A stretch of DNA of 64,000 bases from an uncultured virus (IMG/VR IMGVR_UViG_3300028833_000129) (IMGVR_UViG_3300028833_000129); one strand, 5' to 3'. Shown: positions 9,761-20,571, counted from the first letter of the stretch. Made by a program: numbers and translations. Notes: generated from the sequence alone by a model not told the origin.

Positions 9761-12718
9761 ATGCTTTACAAATCTCATAACATACAACTTGTAGTAAATG
9801 GTCAGTCGGTAGATATAAAGTCTCAGCAGGACTTCAGCTTGGCAATAAATAACACCATTTTTAACCCAAAGGACTTATCATCGACCCAAGCTGAGTATAG
9901 CTATTCGTTTACACTGCCGGCAACGCCTACAAATAATAAGATATTTAACTTCGCCAACTGCCTTGATAAATCTAATAGATTCCATCAAAGGTGGAAGGCT
10001 GAACTATATGCTGATGAGCAACTGATATTTTCAGGTACGTTTATTATAAATTCTTTTAAGGATGGAGAATATAATTGCAACCTTGTAAGTCCTAAAGTAT
10101 ACAATTTGGAGGATATCTTTGGCGATGCCAAGTTAACAGATATACCTTGGTCAGCGACACCATTTAATGGCATATCTACCATAAATGAGTATAACGCCGG
10201 AGGAAATAAAGAGGCTATGTTCCCATTGGCAAGTTATGGCGTATTTGAAAAAGTGCCATACAACTCTGATGAGGTGGCAAACGATTATACTAATAAGTTT
10301 ACATTTGACAAATATAATCGATGGTGGGTGGAGAGTTTTTACCCTTCATTAAATATGTTAACAATTGTTAAAAAGGCGTTCGAATGGAAAGGGTATACTG
10401 TGGCAGGCGATGCTTTTTCTGACAATGACCTTAGTAGTATATATATGTCAACGAATTTGTCTGATGGTCAAGTGCCTACTTATAATTTAGCCAACCCATT
10501 ATTTGGTGAAGTAGATTTAACAACATCGTTAACAACAAGCGGTAGCGGTTATGAACAGGAGCTTAACTTCCCGTATTTTCATTTGGTAAATGGCAGGGCA
10601 GGATTTGGTAGTGGAAATAGCCCGGTAAATACTAAAACATATGAGGAGTGGAACTTTAATTCAGTAAGGATATACGACCTATTAAAGAATGGTTCGACAA
10701 CACTTTCAAACTCTTATATGTATGACCCAAACGAAAAGTGCATAGTAGTACCTGCTGATGGATGGTATATGATATATATGAATGCTGAAACACAGCTTAA
10801 TACAGCAACCACAACAATAACAGCGTCACAATATTGCATAACTGATAATGGAAAAGGTGATGACATAGAATCCAAGGACTTTACAATGACAATTGGCCTT
10901 GATGAGGTAACACCGGTGGAAATTCAGTTGGTAAGAAATTATAACGACAATATTGAGCTTGTAAAGGGCAAATGGAATAAACAATATGTGATAGGCGACC
11001 CTACAGTAGATAGGTATGAGCAGGGTAATAATAGGTGGTATAATAATATAACAGAGTGGCGAACAGCCTTCCCACATGAAGACTTATATAACTGCAAATC
11101 GCCAACAAAAACAAATGATTTATCATTAAGGAATACACAATCACAATTTGGTGGTAACCGGACAACTTCAGATTCATTAGGGTCAACCATAACAACAAGG
11201 GGTGGCAGTCGCTCAGGTGGAAGTAATGGAGGCTTTGGCAGTGGAAGAACAGGTAATAAATCAGATAGGGTATATAACTCTACTATGTATGGCTATGTAC
11301 CGGTAGATATGCAGCTAATGTGCTATGACCCTGCTGTTAACAGCGACTTTATATGTGGCTTTTCATCAATAGGAAAAGGACAACCCTCTGTTATTAAAAA
11401 TGGATATAGTTGGACAAAATCTTATGCTGATAAGATGGAGGCTTTTTATAATCAACCGGGATATATGAAGTTGGTAAGGGGTACAAATGATACTATAGAA
11501 GAAGTGGCTACTAACTTTAATCAGAATGAATATTCCGGTACACCAACTGAAACATTTTTTATGGGAAGTGTAATGTCAGGTGGCAAGCGAATTGCAAATG
11601 GAATGTATGGCAGCTTATATACATTAGTATGGCTCAATAAGAACGATATATTGGAACTGTTCGAAGTTCATAGGGCATATCATACAACAGCCGGCACAGA
11701 TGTTAACTACTCCACAAATACAAATGTAAGGCTTAAAATAAAGGCGATGTCACCAAACTCTATGGCGTATCTAATTAATGAAGGGTTTAACTATGGCTCA
11801 GAATCAGAGTTTGATGTTGGATTAAGATTGTCTAATTTTTTAAATAACCAAACAACCGTATCAAGCTTTATACAGGATATATTAACAGCATTTAACCTGC
11901 AAATGACGCAGGAGGGAAAAACAATAACAATCGACAAAAGAAAAAATCCATTAAATAATGAATATTTGCCGGTAATTGACCTTGATGACAGAGCTAACTC
12001 TATTGCAGCTACGTCAGAAAATATAGAGTTCCCTGCAACGTTGTCTGTAAAATATAAAATAGATACAGAAGAATGGGGATATGAGACAACAGTACCGGCA
12101 GAAAAACTAAATGATGAGGATTGGGCTGAATATGGCGATTCAGGCTACACTGTACTTAAGATAAGCGATGATGATTATAATGTAGATAACCAAGAAATAA
12201 ACTTAAACTTCAGCTATACTTGGTATGATGATTTCACTTGGACTGAAGTTGACTCAGGAGGTACTGAAAATTCAGGCAATACACTAAGTCTGTCCATACC
12301 GGTAATATCGAAGTTTACCTATATGGTACCTAGGTACGATTATGATGAATGTTTAAAACATGATGGCTTTGGACTAACGCAGCGTTTTTGGCTAAAACCT
12401 GAAAAAACAGATGCATTTGTATGGACGGCATCTTACCCTACTGAAAAGGTAGATATTTATATACCAAAAAATAGCAATGATAATATCGTACTGAATTATA
12501 AAGATGAGGAGAATAGTCTTCTGATGAAGTATTTTAACGCTAATCAAAACGTAACCTCAGATAAAATAACATTAGAAGTATATATCAGTATAGATGAGTA
12601 TAACCTTATTAAGAATGGGGCGAGGGTAAAATTTGATAAGACTGTTTATATACCAACAGAAATAGTATACTACCCTTCAGGTGAAACGCCGGCTAAATTA
12701 ACTTTAATGAAACTATAA
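9761..12718 (+). CDS. Large minor tail / baseplate hub protein
   Basis: N-terminal YSYSFTLPATPTNNKIF typical of Bacteroidetes phage tail proteins; homolog at 57248. Confidence 0.6.
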   Translation: MLYKSHNIQLVVNGQSVDIKSQQDFSLAINNTIFNPKDLSSTQAEYSYSFTLPATPTNNKIFNFANCLDKSNRFHQRWKAELYADEQLIFSGTFIINSFKDGEYNCNLVSPKVYNLEDIFGDAKLTDIPWSATPFNGISTINEYNAGGNKEAMFPLASYGVFEKVPYNSDEVANDYTNKFTFDKYNRWWVESFYPSLNMLTIVKKAFEWKGYTVAGDAFSDNDLSSIYMSTNLSDGQVPTYNLANPLFGEVDLTTSLTTSGSGYEQELNFPYFHLVNGRAGFGSGNSPVNTKTYEEWNFNSVRIYDLLKNGSTTLSNSYMYDPNEKCIVVPADGWYMIYMNAETQLNTATTTITASQYCITDNGKGDDIESKDFTMTIGLDEVTPVEIQLVRNYNDNIELVKGKWNKQYVIGDPTVDRYEQGNNRWYNNITEWRTAFPHEDLYNCKSPTKTNDLSLRNTQSQFGGNRTTSDSLGSTITTRGGSRSGGSNGGFGSGRTGNKSDRVYNSTMYGYVPVDMQLMCYDPAVNSDFICGFSSIGKGQPSVIKNGYSWTKSYADKMEAFYNQPGYMKLVRGTNDTIEEVATNFNQNEYSGTPTETFFMGSVMSGGKRIANGMYGSLYTLVWLNKNDILELFEVHRAYHTTAGTDVNYSTNTNVRLKIKAMSPNSMAYLINEGFNYGSESEFDVGLRLSNFLNNQTTVSSFIQDILTAFNLQMTQEGKTITIDKRKNPLNNEYLPVIDLDDRANSIAATSENIEFPATLSVKYKIDTEEWGYETTVPAEKLNDEDWAEYGDSGYTVLKISDDDYNVDNQEINLNFSYTWYDDFTWTEVDSGGTENSGNTLSLSIPVISKFTYMVPRYDYDECLKHDGFGLTQRFWLKPEKTDAFVWTASYPTEKVDIYIPKNSNDNIVLNYKDEENSLLMKYFNANQNVTSDKITLEVYISIDEYNLIKNGARVKFDKTVYIPTEIVYYPSGETPAKLTLMKL

Positions 12719-12724
12719 AAACAT

Positions 12725-15700
12725 ATGGTAAATACTAAGACATATCAACTTGTTATTAACGGCCTAAAGGAAAGTATAGATGCCGTTGAGAGCCTTAACA
12801 GACAGCTTGCAGACGTTGAGCAACGAATAAAGGCCATAGATGGTAAGACAATAAACATCAATGTGAATAATGTTGGTGGTACTACCGGCGGTGACACTAC
12901 CGGTGGTGGTAGTAGGACAAGTGAACTATCTGAACAGGATAAACTGCAACGCCAATTAATCAGGAATAATGAAAAAATACAGGCGATGCAGACGGAAGAG
13001 TATAAAGCTCTTCTTATGCAAAAGGAGGTCATCAAGGAGATAAACACTGAGCAAAAGGCAAATATAGCAAGTGACAACCTATCAGCAAAGCAGTATGAAA
13101 ATACTATGCTTGAACTGAAGCAGCACCTAAAAGATATTAAGGCTGCTATGCAAACTGAAGAAATAGGCTCTGACCGGTTTAAACAACTTGCTCAAGAAGC
13201 TAATGAACTTAATAATAAACTAAAAGAAATAGAAGCCTCATATGGACAGTTTGGGAGAAATGTGGGAAATTATGGTTCAGCAGCAGAAGGTTTCAAGGGT
13301 ATATCTGTAGAGGTAAATGGTATAGACAGAAGTTTTAAAAGTCTCAGCAGTGCAACGAAGACATTAAGGGGTGAGCTAGGAGCGTTAGAACTTAACGAAA
13401 AGGGTAACACTGAGGAGGCTGACCGCCTTAGAGAAAGAATAAAGGAGCTTGAGAGCGCTATGCACCATGCAAAAGATGCCTCATATGCAATGGGTAGGGC
13501 TATGGATTGGATGCAGTCGTTTGTAGCTATGGCTTCAGTTGGCAAGGGTATATCTGCAATGTTTGGCATAGATTCTTCAAATGTAGAGGAATCTATGCGA
13601 AAACTACTTGCCTTACAAAACACACTCAAGGGCATCGAAAAACTACAAAAACAAATAGCCACAAGTGACGGTATAGGCAAGTGGTTGAGCAAGAGCAATA
13701 GTGTTATTGACAAGTTTGTTAATAATTTATTTGGTTTAAGCAAGGCTTCAAATACAGCTACCAAGTCGCTACAAGCACAAGCAGTGGCTACCAAGACTGT
13801 AGATAAGGCAAACAAGGCTGCTGCAATAGGGGCAAAGATATTATCTACTGCTTTAAAAACAATACCATTTTTAGCTGTAATAACCGGTGTTACTTGGTTA
13901 TTGGATAACTTAGGTAGTGTTATAGATTGGATAAAAGGCGTTGACGAAGAAACAAAAAGGTTAGAAGAACAACAGAAGAAGTTAGGCGAATCGACAGCAG
14001 AAGCATACTCTACCGGAAATGCTGAAATACAAAAACACCTTATGATGGTTAATAGTTTTAATGGCACAGTAGAAGAAGAAAAACGAATGGTCGATGAACT
14101 TAACGGGAGCTTAGGTAAAACATTTGGCAATTACCAAAGCATTGCAGAATGGAAACAAGCCCTTATAGATAAGTCTGACGCATACCTTGAAATGATGCGC
14201 AGGGAAGCTCAGGCTCAGGTATATTTGGAGAGTTATAAGGAGGCTATGAAGGCTGCTGCTGAATCAGCAGATGACGCAGAAAAGGTGGCCAAGGCAATGG
14301 AGACTGCCAATAATGAAATGGAAAAATATTTAGCCACATTAAGAATAGTAACATCCATACAAAACAGATTTTTCAGAGAAAACACAAGTGGTTTTACCGG
14401 AACATCAGGCAGTGGAGTTGACAATGTTAAGAAGGCTGAAGAAAACATTCAGAATATGCGAATAAGGGTTATGAGGGATGGACTTGCAAAAACTATTGCC
14501 CAATATACCTTGGAGAGAAATAGGCGCATAGACGAAGTTAAAAAGACCGGTATAAGGGTAGGCGAACAGACACTACTTATAGAGAGGGAGTATCAGCAAA
14601 GAGTGTTAGCAGCTAGGAGACAATATGAAGAAAGGCTTATGCAGCAGCAAAAGCAGTTCGAACAGACGTTTATGGATATAAGCAAAAACACATCAGAGCA
14701 GGCATATAGCAATACATTAAAGCGCCTAGATACCGAATTAAAAAACAATATAGAGGTACTGACCAAATATCCTGACGCAGTTAATAATATTTTTGATACT
14801 GAAGAGACACAATTAGAAAAGTATAAAGCTAAAATAGCCACACTTACAGACAACTTCCAACGTTTCTTAAAGAACCCACTTGTAGGCGTAGAGAGTAATT
14901 TAGAGTATGGTCGAATAAGCGAAAGAAAAATATATTATGAAAACCTATTAGATATTGAGCGCACATACCTACAAGAGCAGAAGCAGATAAGGGCAGAGCA
15001 GTTGACGGATGAGTTGAGGGCAGAGGAGGAAGCTAATAAGAAAGCACTTGAAATTATAACCGGCAACTTAGAAAAAGTTAAAAGGTTTGGCGAAGAAATA
15101 TATAGTGAGAATCCAATTAAAAAAGCGTTGGACGCATATGCTAATATGGACATATCAGATAAGTCTTTATTAGACATTAGTGATGCGCTTATAAATGAAA
15201 AAGATGCTGTAGATGAGTTTATAAATGAACTTGAATCAGCTTATAATTTAGGGTTAATCACATATGAGCAGTATGAGCAGACAATGCAATCTGAGCAGCT
15301 AAAAAATTATAATGAATCAAAGTCCAACTATGAGGAGTTTTTAGATTATTATAATGAACAAAATGCAGAATGGCAACAAGACAATGCTGATAAGCTGCAA
15401 AGGTTTGAACTTGATACATATGAGGCGTTTGCAAGAATGTTACAAAATATGTATTCAGCTCAAGAGACATATAATAATCAGTCAAATGTATTAACAAAAA
15501 AGCACAACGCTGAAATAGCTTCGCTGAATGATGAGTTCAGGGAAAGCGAACAACGCTATACGGCAGAGTACTATAAGAATATGTTGTATGAATATGAGAA
15601 GGCTGACAGCGCAATAGAAAATATTGTTGATAAAATCCGTACAAGGGCTGACAATCAGTTTGAGTTTTTGGACATAAAGAGAATAAAATATGAATTTGAC

Positions 15701-16813
15701 TCAGCAGCAGAAGAGTATGGGTATAGATTACAAGAGCTGTCTGAACTTAAACAAAAATTATTGGGCGAACTTATGTTAAATAATATAACGTTCGAAGAGT
15801 TTGATACCATTAATGAGCAGTATGACGCTGAAATAACAGAGGTAAAAGAAAAGATAGACAGTCTAAAAGTAAAATTTAAGGAAGCCCTTGATGAGAATAA
15901 AGCTACATTTAATGACTATATGCAACTCATTGGCCAAAGTATGCAAAGTATAATGACCGCAATATGGGATTACCAAGATTCAGTATATGAGTCAGAAATG
16001 AAGAAGTTAGAAGATTGGGTGGATTTTTATGAGGACAAGTTAAGTGAGCAAAAATCTATTACTGAAAAGTATGCAGACGCAGTTAATGATATTGAGAGCG
16101 AACTTGCAAATAGCAGGGGTGATAGGAGGCAGCATTTAATAGACCAACTCAACGCACAGATACAAGCTCAAAGGGCATCATTGGCTGAACAAAAACGCAT
16201 TGAAAAGGAGAAGCAAAAATATGAGGATGAGGCTAAAAGAAAAGAAGAAGCGCAAAGAAAAATCGACCATAGGAGAGCATTGCAAACAGCAATAATGAAT
16301 GCAGCACTTGCTATAAGCCAAGCAGCAGCAAATCATTGGCCACTGCCGGCAATACCACTTATAGCAGCAGCAACAGCGGTTGGAGCTGCTCAAGTTGCAT
16401 CGATTGCAAGTCAGAAATACGCTGAAGGTGGTATAATCCAAGGTAAGTCTCATAAAGATGGTGGTGTTAAAGTATTAGGTGGCACTGCGGAAGTGGAAGG
16501 TGGAGAATTCATTACCAACCGTATAACAACATCAAAGAATGCGCCATTATTAGAATATATAAACTCTAATAAAAAGAAGGTGGAGCTTAGTGACCTTATA
16601 GAATTTTATAATAAAAAGCCAAGGAAAAATATAATGGCAATGTCAGCCAAGTTCGCAGAAGGTGGAACGTTACCTGCAGTAGATGTTTCTGACCAACTAA
16701 ATGATATTGTTATGGTGCAGTCGCAACAGCCTATATATGTTACCGTAAAGGACATAGAGGATGGTATGAGCAGAGTATCAAGGGTGAGAGTTCTTGCAGG
16801 TTTAAAAGAGTAA
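12725..16813 (+). CDS. Tail tape measure protein (phage A)
   Basis: 1362-aa coiled coil; FGRNVGNY; C-terminal KYAEGGIIQGKSHKDGGV...EVEGGEFI. Confidence 0.85.
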   Translation: MVNTKTYQLVINGLKESIDAVESLNRQLADVEQRIKAIDGKTININVNNVGGTTGGDTTGGGSRTSELSEQDKLQRQLIRNNEKIQAMQTEEYKALLMQKEVIKEINTEQKANIASDNLSAKQYENTMLELKQHLKDIKAAMQTEEIGSDRFKQLAQEANELNNKLKEIEASYGQFGRNVGNYGSAAEGFKGISVEVNGIDRSFKSLSSATKTLRGELGALELNEKGNTEEADRLRERIKELESAMHHAKDASYAMGRAMDWMQSFVAMASVGKGISAMFGIDSSNVEESMRKLLALQNTLKGIEKLQKQIATSDGIGKWLSKSNSVIDKFVNNLFGLSKASNTATKSLQAQAVATKTVDKANKAAAIGAKILSTALKTIPFLAVITGVTWLLDNLGSVIDWIKGVDEETKRLEEQQKKLGESTAEAYSTGNAEIQKHLMMVNSFNGTVEEEKRMVDELNGSLGKTFGNYQSIAEWKQALIDKSDAYLEMMRREAQAQVYLESYKEAMKAAAESADDAEKVAKAMETANNEMEKYLATLRIVTSIQNRFFRENTSGFTGTSGSGVDNVKKAEENIQNMRIRVMRDGLAKTIAQYTLERNRRIDEVKKTGIRVGEQTLLIEREYQQRVLAARRQYEERLMQQQKQFEQTFMDISKNTSEQAYSNTLKRLDTELKNNIEVLTKYPDAVNNIFDTEETQLEKYKAKIATLTDNFQRFLKNPLVGVESNLEYGRISERKIYYENLLDIERTYLQEQKQIRAEQLTDELRAEEEANKKALEIITGNLEKVKRFGEEIYSENPIKKALDAYANMDISDKSLLDISDALINEKDAVDEFINELESAYNLGLITYEQYEQTMQSEQLKNYNESKSNYEEFLDYYNEQNAEWQQDNADKLQRFELDTYEAFARMLQNMYSAQETYNNQSNVLTKKHNAEIASLNDEFRESEQRYTAEYYKNMLYEYEKADSAIENIVDKIRTRADNQFEFLDIKRIKYEFDSAAEEYGYRLQELSELKQKLLGELMLNNITFEEFDTINEQYDAEITEVKEKIDSLKVKFKEALDENKATFNDYMQLIGQSMQSIMTAIWDYQDSVYESEMKKLEDWVDFYEDKLSEQKSITEKYADAVNDIESELANSRGDRRQHLIDQLNAQIQAQRASLAEQKRIEKEKQKYEDEAKRKEEAQRKIDHRRALQTAIMNAALAISQAAANHWPLPAIPLIAAATAVGAAQVASIASQKYAEGGIIQGKSHKDGGVKVLGGTAEVEGGEFITNRITTSKNAPLLEYINSNKKKVELSDLIEFYNKKPRKNIMAMSAKFAEGGTLPAVDVSDQLNDIVMVQSQQPIYVTVKDIEDGMSRVSRVRVLAGLKE

Positions 16814-16817
16814 ATAT

Positions 16818-16839
16818 GCCGGGGTATAATAACCCCGGT
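16818..16839 (+). terminator. Hairpin after tape measure A
   Basis: CCGGGGT-ATAATA-ACCCCGG. Confidence 0.5.
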
Positions 16840-16866
16840 ATGTTTATATAAAAGAAAAAAACAAAG

Positions 16867-17157
16867 ATGGAAAAGGAAACTTGGAAAAACATAAGCATAA
16901 GGGAAAAACTACAACTTATCAATGGCACAGCCTTAATTGTAGCAGCAATTGCCCTGTATTTTATATCGTTTTTAATAACATTATCCATTGGATTTGACAT
17001 TATTTCAGCTGGTGCAACATTACTTGCAACAGGTTTGGCGCTATTTGGTATTACCGGATTTGTAAAAAACTCTATGATGCAGTTTGAAACCAAGATTGAA
17101 AAGAAATTAAGACGTTTTGAAGACATTGAAGAAGACAGAAAATATGGACAGAACTAA
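16867..17157 (+). CDS. Holin (2 TM); chimeric A/B copy
   Basis: Two hydrophobic helices and a charged C-terminus, upstream of the endolysin; 5' part differs from the copy at 60252, 3' part identical. Confidence 0.7.
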   Translation: MEKETWKNISIREKLQLINGTALIVAAIALYFISFLITLSIGFDIISAGATLLATGLALFGITGFVKNSMMQFETKIEKKLRRFEDIEEDRKYGQN

Positions 17158-17644
17158 ATGGTTAATATTTGCCGTTATTTTTGCATTGATTGGAGCACAT
17201 GTATATAATATACTAGGCAAAAAGGCAGAAGTAATTGAAATAGAAAAGACAGATACCATCGTTGTTAATGATACAATAAAACAGAGAGATACCATAACAA
17301 TTACCAAAACAAAACAGGTATATAGAGAAATTGTTAAGACGGACACAGTATTTAACGAAAAAGGTGATACAATTCAGCTAGTTACAGAAAATAAGTTATA
17401 TAAAGACACTTTATGCAGTCAAAACGATTCTATCATACTGGAGAGCAGTATTACAGGTATAAATCCAAGGTTAGATTGGATAAAAGCAGATTGGCGAAAG
17501 CAGGAAATTATAAAAACTGTAACGATAACAAACTATGTAAAACCAAATAAAATAAAAATAACTCCACAATTGGGCATTGGTTATGGATTATTTAATAAAA
17601 AAATTGATGCTTATGCAGGTGTTGGAATCAGTATTAATTTGTAA
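17144..17644 (+). CDS. Lysis-cassette membrane-anchored protein (spanin-like)
   Basis: N-terminal TM, DTIV/DTI repeats, C-terminal beta strands GIGYG...YAGVGISINL; lies between holin and lysin. Confidence 0.55.
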   Translation: MDRTKWLIFAVIFALIGAHVYNILGKKAEVIEIEKTDTIVVNDTIKQRDTITITKTKQVYREIVKTDTVFNEKGDTIQLVTENKLYKDTLCSQNDSIILESSITGINPRLDWIKADWRKQEIIKTVTITNYVKPNKIKITPQLGIGYGLFNKKIDAYAGVGISINL

Positions 17645-17772
17645 GAATCCCTATGATAATCAATATAAAGCACCTTATGGTTATGGCTTTTTTTATAATG
17701 GTCAGTTCCAAGGCACAATTATATGGAGGGATAACGTTGAAGGCTACGAACTTAAAAAACTACAAGATTAAT

Positions 17773-18276
17773 ATGGCAGATTATAAGAAATTAGTACCAA
17801 TAATACTAGAGTTTGAAGGTGGATATGCAGGCAATATTGATGGCATGATATGCACAATGAAAGGTGTGACATTGGCAACATACAAACAATATTATGGCAA
17901 ATTAAAGACTTGCAAAGATTTAAAGAATATCACCAATGAAGAATGGGAAACAATATTTAAGTTGGGATATTGGAATAGATGGTGTGCAGACCAAATAAAC
18001 AATCAAGCCATTGCCAATTTGCTAGTCGATTGGACTTGGGGCAGCGGAATATATGGCATTAAATACCCACAAGCAATATTGGGCGTTAAAGTTGATGGAA
18101 AAGTAGGCCCAAAGACATTGGCAGCAATAAATAACCATCATGACCAAAAGAAATTATTTCAACAGTTGTGGGAGAGAAGAAAAAAACACTTTGAAGACAT
18201 TGCAAGGAGAGATAAGTCAAAGGCAAAGTTCTTGAAAGGTTGGCTTCGAAGATTAGATGCTTTCAAGTTTGAATAA
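17773..18276 (+). CDS. Endolysin, glycoside hydrolase family 108 with peptidoglycan-binding domain
   Basis: EGGY motif, TMKGVT, DGKVGPKT, C-terminal KFLKGWLRR; start at MADYKK. Confidence 0.85.
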   Translation: MADYKKLVPIILEFEGGYAGNIDGMICTMKGVTLATYKQYYGKLKTCKDLKNITNEEWETIFKLGYWNRWCADQINNQAIANLLVDWTWGSGIYGIKYPQAILGVKVDGKVGPKTLAAINNHHDQKKLFQQLWERRKKHFEDIARRDKSKAKFLKGWLRRLDAFKFE

Positions 18277-18324
18277 GATATAGTAGCACCGTTTACAGTT
18301 AGGAATTTCGTATTAATGGGCTGA

Positions 18325-18361
18325 TGGGAGTTAGGGGCGATAGCTAACTCCCACTTTTTTT
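18325..18361 (+). terminator. Intrinsic terminator
   Basis: TGGGAGTTAG...CTAACTCCCA followed by a T-run. Confidence 0.75.
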
Positions 18362-18397
18362 GTCTAGGATATGTTTATTCTAAAATACTTTGTGAAT

Positions 18398-19492
18398 ATG
18401 GCAAAAAAGCGTAAAAGATATTTAGTAACGGCAGACAAATCAGAAGCCTTTGCATGCAGTTTGGTTACTTCTCCAGCGATGGAAGAGACTTTTGTTGTTT
18501 TCAACGAAGATACACCAATAGTTGAAAAGTTTGCTGATGATAAGAAACACATGATAACAGGTGTTGTTGCTATCCCAAACAAACCTATCTACAGAAGGAA
18601 CAAAGAAACTGGAGAAGAATATGATATTGTTTTTTCAGCAGAAGCAATTGAAAAAATGTCGATGGACTTTTTAAAGAACTACAAGCAGCATGAAGTGACG
18701 TTGCAACATCAAGAAAATGCTGATGGCGTTTATCTGGTTGAACAGTGGATAAAAAATGATTTGGTATATGACAAATCACTTTCAATGGGACTGTCAAAAG
18801 AGTTGCCTGTTGGTAGTTGGTTCCAGACATATTATGTGGATTCAAACGATGTTTGGAAACGTATTGAAAGCGGTGAATTACTAGGATTTAGTTTGGAATG
18901 TGCACTGTCAATGGAAGAATTTAATAAAATTGAAAATAATGATAACGATATGGATTTAGTAGACAACATGAATTTTTGGAAGAAAATGAAGGAAACACTG
19001 AAAGAAGTGTTTGCAAAAGGTGATGTTGATGTAGAAGGAAGCGAAGCAGTAAAGATTACACCAACAAAACAAGAATTGGCTGAAATGTCTGGTTTTACAA
19101 GCGTTGAAGACTATGAAAAAGAGGTTGAAGCCATTAAGGCAGAATTTGAAGAGGCAACACCAACTGTTGAAACGCCTGTAGAGCCTATAGAAACGCCTGT
19201 AGAGGCTCCAAAAGTGGAAGACCCTACAACTACCCCACCTGCAAAGGAAGAAACGCCTACAGAGGCAGAAAACAAGCCTGACGAACCAAAGGACAACCAC
19301 CTTGAAGACTTAATTAAGAACTTAAAAGAAGAAATCGAAGCATTGAAGGGCTTAAACAAAGACCTAAACAAGAAAGTTAAGACCCTAGAAAAAGAACCAT
19401 CTGTTAATCCAATTAATACGAATGGCGGTGGCAAGAAAGGTGGTGACAATTTTGACAATTGGCGTGAAACGATGAAAAACTATCTACAATAG
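18398..19492 (+). CDS. Prohead protease / scaffold fusion (XkdF-like protease)
   Basis: ITGVVAIPNKPIYR, LQH, LPVGSW, GFSLE motifs; acidic Pro-rich coiled-coil C-terminus; precedes the capsid gene. Confidence 0.75.
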   Translation: MAKKRKRYLVTADKSEAFACSLVTSPAMEETFVVFNEDTPIVEKFADDKKHMITGVVAIPNKPIYRRNKETGEEYDIVFSAEAIEKMSMDFLKNYKQHEVTLQHQENADGVYLVEQWIKNDLVYDKSLSMGLSKELPVGSWFQTYYVDSNDVWKRIESGELLGFSLECALSMEEFNKIENNDNDMDLVDNMNFWKKMKETLKEVFAKGDVDVEGSEAVKITPTKQELAEMSGFTSVEDYEKEVEAIKAEFEEATPTVETPVEPIETPVEAPKVEDPTTTPPAKEETPTEAENKPDEPKDNHLEDLIKNLKEEIEALKGLNKDLNKKVKTLEKEPSVNPINTNGGGKKGGDNFDNWRETMKNYLQ

Positions 19493-19581
19493 TTTCTGCA
19501 AAAACTGAAATATGTTTAAAATAAACAACATACGAAGAGTATGCAAAAATGATAAAATAATAGATTAAAATAAATAAAATT

Positions 19582-20532
19582 ATGGCTAATTTCATAGATG
19601 TTAGTGGATTAACTTATTGTGGCAAAGAGTATCAGAATATTTTTGCTAGAGATATGTACACTTTAGACCTTCGTAATTATGGTATTACGTTGATGGATGG
19701 TGTAAAGGGTAAAATGAAACTTTATACTGGAGAGATTGGTGATGTATGGCAGGCTTATTCATGTCCGTTTACACCCCAAGGTGCTGCATCATTGGCAGAA
19801 AGTTTTATAGAGCCGGTTGCAATTAAATCAAACCTTGAAAACTGCTACGATACCTTCTGGAATACATTCTTAGTAGAACAGACTTCAATCAGTCTTAATG
19901 GCGGCATTCCCCAGACATTTGCAGCATGGTTCTTTGACAAGTATCGTCAGAAGATGGCACGTGAATACGAAGAGATTTTCTGGCAGGGTGACACCGCTAG
20001 AACTGCAACAACCAAGGCTTATTTAAAGGTCACTGATGGTGTTGAAAAGCAGTTGTCAGGTAATTCAGCTGTTACAAGCGTTGCATTAACTGCTTTCACT
20101 GTTGACAATATACTTGCCCAAGTCGAAACTGTTATTTCAAGCGGTCTTTCTGTTGCAAACGCTGCAGAAGTTGACACTGGTAAATATAAGGTTCTTATGA
20201 ACAAGGCTGACGTTGACCTCTTAAAGATGGCACTTGGTAAGGTTTGTTGCCCAAACAACAATAGCATTTTCTCCAACTATGCAAAGGGTGCTGATGGTGG
20301 TGTTATCATACTTGGTTATGAAGTTATCCCAACCATGCAGAGCAGAAACACCATAATCTTTGGAGACCCAAGGAACTTGGTATTAGGTTTTGATACCTTC
20401 GATTCACACTTATCTTGGAAGTTAATTGACCTTCGTGATACGACTGGGGATAACATGTTTAGAATCATAGCAATTTCCAATATTGCTGTTGGTGTTGTAT
20501 TCCCTGAAGGAATGGTTTATGCAAGCGTATAA
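19582..20532 (+). CDS. Major capsid protein
   Basis: 316 aa after the protease/scaffold gene; IFWQGDT...DG motif. Confidence 0.75.
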   Translation: MANFIDVSGLTYCGKEYQNIFARDMYTLDLRNYGITLMDGVKGKMKLYTGEIGDVWQAYSCPFTPQGAASLAESFIEPVAIKSNLENCYDTFWNTFLVEQTSISLNGGIPQTFAAWFFDKYRQKMAREYEEIFWQGDTARTATTKAYLKVTDGVEKQLSGNSAVTSVALTAFTVDNILAQVETVISSGLSVANAAEVDTGKYKVLMNKADVDLLKMALGKVCCPNNNSIFSNYAKGADGGVIILGYEVIPTMQSRNTIIFGDPRNLVLGFDTFDSHLSWKLIDLRDTTGDNMFRIIAISNIAVGVVFPEGMVYASV

Positions 20533-20571
20533 CAATTCGTTATCATATATATTTCCTTTGGTTATCTGATG

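Larger units (their letters stand above)
1..16989. mobile_element. Partial genome of temperate Bacteroidetes phage 'A' (integrase to tape measure/holin start)
   Basis: Integrase, terminase, tail and tape measure genes, largely collinear with diverged homologs at 48762-60374; distinct oligonucleotide signature (no CCAG/CTGG seen). Confidence 0.9.

Noticed and set aside
12745..16453. Long antisense ORFs opposite tape measure A (also opposite tape measure B, LRR and capsid genes)
   Set aside because: Shadow ORFs produced by codon bias and repeats; no motifs or promoters support them
18371..18397. ORF-track starts at 18371, 54732 and 61756 (MFI...), and extended starts at 17653, 26560 and 34878
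   Set aside because: These ATGs lie inside the ATATGTTTA motif or upstream of terminators/promoters; downstream starts fit motif spacing or homologs better
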